This document shows, one piece after another, positions 60,081-64,000 of a stretch of 64,000 nucleotides of DNA. How positions within the stretch are numbered: the stretch's first letter is position 1; each line of letters starts with the position of its first letter. This stretch comes from Leucoraja erinacea. Its lineage: Eukaryota. The notes beneath the pieces are model-generated. The model had not been told where the DNA came from, did not search any database, and was given only the letters and a program-made list of their open reading frames with translations. The translations under genes were made by a program, and so were the position numbers. Location of the stretch: NCBI RefSeq assembly GCF_028641065.1, contig NC_073387.1:32922001-32986000 (forward strand), in the 5' to 3' direction.

Positions 60081-62134
60081 TTGCTTGTTATAAAAACAGC
60101 AACACTTCTTCACCTTTTAGAGCAAAACATAATTTATATGCTGTGACATGATGAAGCCCTGATTTGATTTGCCAGGCACACCCTGTTTTGAAGATACTGT
60201 ATATGAGTCAGGGGAAGATAGAAGCAGCTGTTTGCTGTCCTGGTAATGATCCATTGGTAAAGAGTTGTTTGGGAATTCTAATTCCACAAAGACCAGCAAT
60301 TATTTTATGCAATATTACTTAGAAATCAAATATGTAGCTAAGATACTCAAGTGTACAACTGTGAAAGGTTTTGATTACAATTGAATCCATTGCCACTATC
60401 TTTTGGGACAATGCACTTCATATGATAATAACCTGGCTCTTTTCCTTGTTTCTGTTTGCCATCTTACTAGTGAATAGGTACCTGTAGGAAACCTACCATA
60501 ATTTTGAAGAATCCTATTAAATTTAGAACACCATTGTACAATATGTTAACATGCACACAAGCCAAATTTATAAAATCTTGGGTTGTTAACACCAGTGAAT
60601 TAAATAATTTAAACTGGAGTCTCCAAGGAGTAATTAATGGTCTGGTGATTATGTATCAACGGGTTATATGTTGTACAAATGCTTACTTAAATAAACTATT
60701 TCTTGGTCTTTCCAGCTCTTGATTTAATTTCTGCTGTGGCTGCTATCTTTGGATTGTTGCGTTGATTAACTAATCTCAGCGTAATCAAATCGAGCAGGTG
60801 TAAACTGAAGCCATTTGGATCACACTTGATAAACTCGGCCTCTTACTGAAACTATGCCTGTTTTGGTAAAAACTTTATGCTAGCATTCACAGTTGTTAAT
60901 GAAATGCATATTCTTTTTCTGCAAAATTTACAGAATGACTATACCTACAACCATTTCTTAGCACTGAGATTCTTGGATCCCATCTCTACAGATGTATTTA
61001 AACTCAAAACCTTGAATCAATAGCACAAGACAAATATTTTTAGCAAAATGTACAAATTTTAAACTGGAAGGTTAAGATAATAAGTTTAACAGGTCGTGCA
61101 CATACATGCTCATTTACATGTGCTGACAACCCAAGACACTGACATTTTTAATTTCAAAAAATTCTGTTTTCATTTCTCAATGCCTGAACTTCAGGTTAAT
61201 ATTATTAGATATTATACTATCATGTAGAAGTTGAACTTGCATTCTTATGTATAATGATTTTTCCTGAGTTAGACTGTGCCGATGAGAATTTCTGGCTGAA
61301 TCACACCCACTAGAGAATTGGCCTGGGCACTAATGTGTGCAATCTCCATAGTGCAGCTAAAGTTTGCCCAGTGTCAGTCAAGCATCCATTAAAGTCATAG
61401 GTCATGTGATGTGGGTTTCTTCTATTGTCAGTGGAAGATGGAACTTCTGGAGTCAACCTCTGACCTTAGGTCACCAAAAATCTAGAAGAACTTTGTACAG
61501 GGAGCAGCAACACAAACATATGAATTAAGTGCAAGAGTGGGGCATTCAGCCCCTCAAATCTGCCCTGCCGTTTAATAAACATAGTTAACCTGACTGTACG
61601 TCCGAACCTTCACCCCTTGATTATCATGTATACAATACGATACGATAGAACTTTATTTATTCCAGGAGGGAAATTGATCATATCCATCAACTCCTGCATG
61701 TAAGAGATTTTAACTGGGACAGTGATGTCTGACATACATCACATTGTCTCAGTATACAGTGGTCAATGTTACAAGAAATGATTCAGTGGTGTTCCCTTCA
61801 CTAACTGCAGTCACTTTGTGCAAGTCCATTCTGAGATACTGATTGCATGAATCATCCATGATGGAATTTTTTTACAGCAGACCATGGTGTGGGATGGGAG
61901 AGTGCTTGCCCTGACACACAGGAAAGTGTTATGTCTACCCTCCCCTGCAATTTCTCTCACCTTCACAATAGCCTATTCTGCAGCTGCAATGGAGAATTCT
62001 TTAAAGAACAGACTCGCTTCATTTTCAAAATGATGTGACAACTGCAACGTCTTTACATGCTCCTGCAGGACTGCAAAGATTTTGTCTCTATGCAAAACAT
62101 TGTAGTTATTTTAACATTTTGCCCAATTTTTCAT

Positions 62135-62435
62135 GTTTAGTTTTTGTTTTTAGCATTTTAGCGGGGAAACAGGCCCTTCAGCCCAATGAGTGTATGCCGG
62201 CCAGCGATCACTCATACACTAGTTCTATCCCATGAACAATTTTACGGAAGCCAATTAACCTACAAACCTGCACGTCCTTGGAATATGGGAGGAAACCAGA
62301 GCACCTGGAGAAAACCCACGTGGTCACAGGTAAAACGTACAAACTCCATACAGACAGCACCCATAGGCAGGATTTCCCTCAGGCCTCTGGCACTGTGAGG
62401 ATGCAACTCTACTGCTGCACCACTGTGCCACCTCT
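62135..62435 (-). mobile_element. V-SINE (HE1-like)
   Basis: Reverse-complement V-domain (gggaggaaaccagagcacctggagaaaacccac...aaactccatacagacagcacc) and CR1-like tail. Confidence 0.8.
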
Positions 62436-64000
62436 ACGCCTGGAGAGCTGCGTGTGCATTAGTGCTATAAAGAGCAGTCTGCTAAACTAAGGCAAACCCA
62501 ATTTCTGTGCAACTAATACTCCATCCATTCACTGCACTTTTTCTTGTTAATAGTAATCTAGATTTCCAGTTTATTTTTATATGCTCTGGCTCATCCACCC
62601 TTTATGGGAAAGCATTCTATGCACCATTAACCCATCCAGAGGTGTAAAAAATGTAACACCCCAAATGTCAAATCTGACTCCAATCAAATTAGCAAGACTA
62701 ATTATGTTAACTAGTCACACCTCAAAGGAGGAATGGGCGCAGTAAAGACTTACAGTCAGCTTTGACATTTCCTTAATACAAAACTTTTATTTTTATGGAT
62801 TGGGTAGGGAGTGTACATAATTAACGTTGGGTCATAGATCAAGTTATTATGAGAAAACAAAATGTTCATTAGTCCTTAAATACATGCAGAACCTTATAAA
62901 GTGCTTACAAATTAAACAGTATTTTGTTGCAAGATAAAAATTGCTGGCCATCTAATTATACTTGATTAAATTGTCTTAGATTGGGACAAACAAAATCCTG
63001 CAGCATTGTCTTCTCATTATATACATGTGCACAATAAAGAAATAACAACAACATGATTGAATAAAATGAATAAACTATCAGAAAGCTATACGCTTCCCGT
63101 AGGTAACTAGAAAAACTGAGCTGAGAGCCAGGAGGAGAATTACAGCCATTCTTTGAAATATTAACATTGAAATTGTAGATTAATTCCACTTGTTTGAGAG
63201 CTGTTTTTGGAATGTGTATTTTTTTAAAGAAAATTTTGACTCTTTAATCAGCATCTTTAATGAACATGTTTTAAAGTTTGTTTAAATATATTTTGTGAAA
63301 ATGTATTTGTGTCATTTATCATTTATTACAACTAATTACAGTTGTCAGAAATTATTCTGTCATATTTGAAGGCTGCAATTTAATCTGTGTGCAGTGGCAT
63401 CTTAAACATATTCAACATTTATCTGTTCAACAAGATTAAAGCTAAATAGTTTGGCATGGAGTATTAACAGCTAGATCTTGTTGAAAATCCATTCTCACAT
63501 TGACATTTTCGAATTTGTAAGTTGTCATAATTCTGAAAATGATTTCTCACATTCTGACTTCTGTTGAATTATGGATTTTAAGTAAAAGTATTATCTTACC
63601 ATCCATCTTTGTACAAAGTGCAAACTGTTGCCAAGCAGTATTGGAAAATGGTCAAAACATGGCAGAAATATGGCCATCACATAATGTAGCATGAAACTTG
63701 AAGTCTCGGAAACATTTCTATTATCTAGCCTTAACCGTACATCTTACACCCACCACCAATATTATTTTACAGGTGAACTCAATATCAAAAAAAAATCAGA
63801 ATTCTCTTGATTCAGTTTTTTTTTTTTTAATGTGACCTGGGTTGCCTGTTCTATATTGATGCAATTTTGTTACATAATTGGACTTAAGCAAATTATTCTA
63901 TTCTCATTGGGGTGAAGGAAATGCAGATAAAACGTGATATTAATATAGTGAAAGTAAGCAGGTACAACTTGGTCAGTAAGTGCAGAATATGATGTAACAT

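Noticed and set aside
1-64000. CRISPR arrays, rRNA/tRNA genes, miR-143/145, endogenous viral genes
   Set aside because: None seen. tRNA-like sequence occurs only as SINE heads, and the repeats lack repeat-spacer periodicity.

Overview
Repeat-dense vertebrate genomic DNA, most likely from a cartilaginous fish (skate/ray; inferred from the mix of HE1-type V-SINEs, CR1, Rex-Babar and Penelope repeats). The only host gene I can support is a mitochondrial GrpE nucleotide-exchange factor, probably GRPEL2, on the minus strand. It has four exons (11251-11196, 7565-7370, 1248-1167, 150-<1), a CpG-rich promoter near 11.3 kb, and a GC-AG second intron. I found no convincing host exon in the ~52 kb upstream. 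That region is a nest of transposable elements: L1, CR1, L2, Rex-Babar, Tx1 and possible Vingi LINEs, Penelope-like elements (PLEs), a Mag-type Gypsy element, and Tc1, pogo-like, hAT and Harbinger DNA elements. Highlights: (1) two MITEs share termini but carry unrelated, strongly palindromic interiors; (2) about 10 short PLE-derived elements carry degenerate minimal hammerhead-ribozyme cores, several as inverted pairs; (3) one PLE has an inversion with twin-priming geometry; (4) several interleaved mosaic segments look like consensus artefacts over heterozygous insertions. Exon boundaries and most TIR/TSD ends were read base by base; other repeat boundaries are approximate. No database searches were run.
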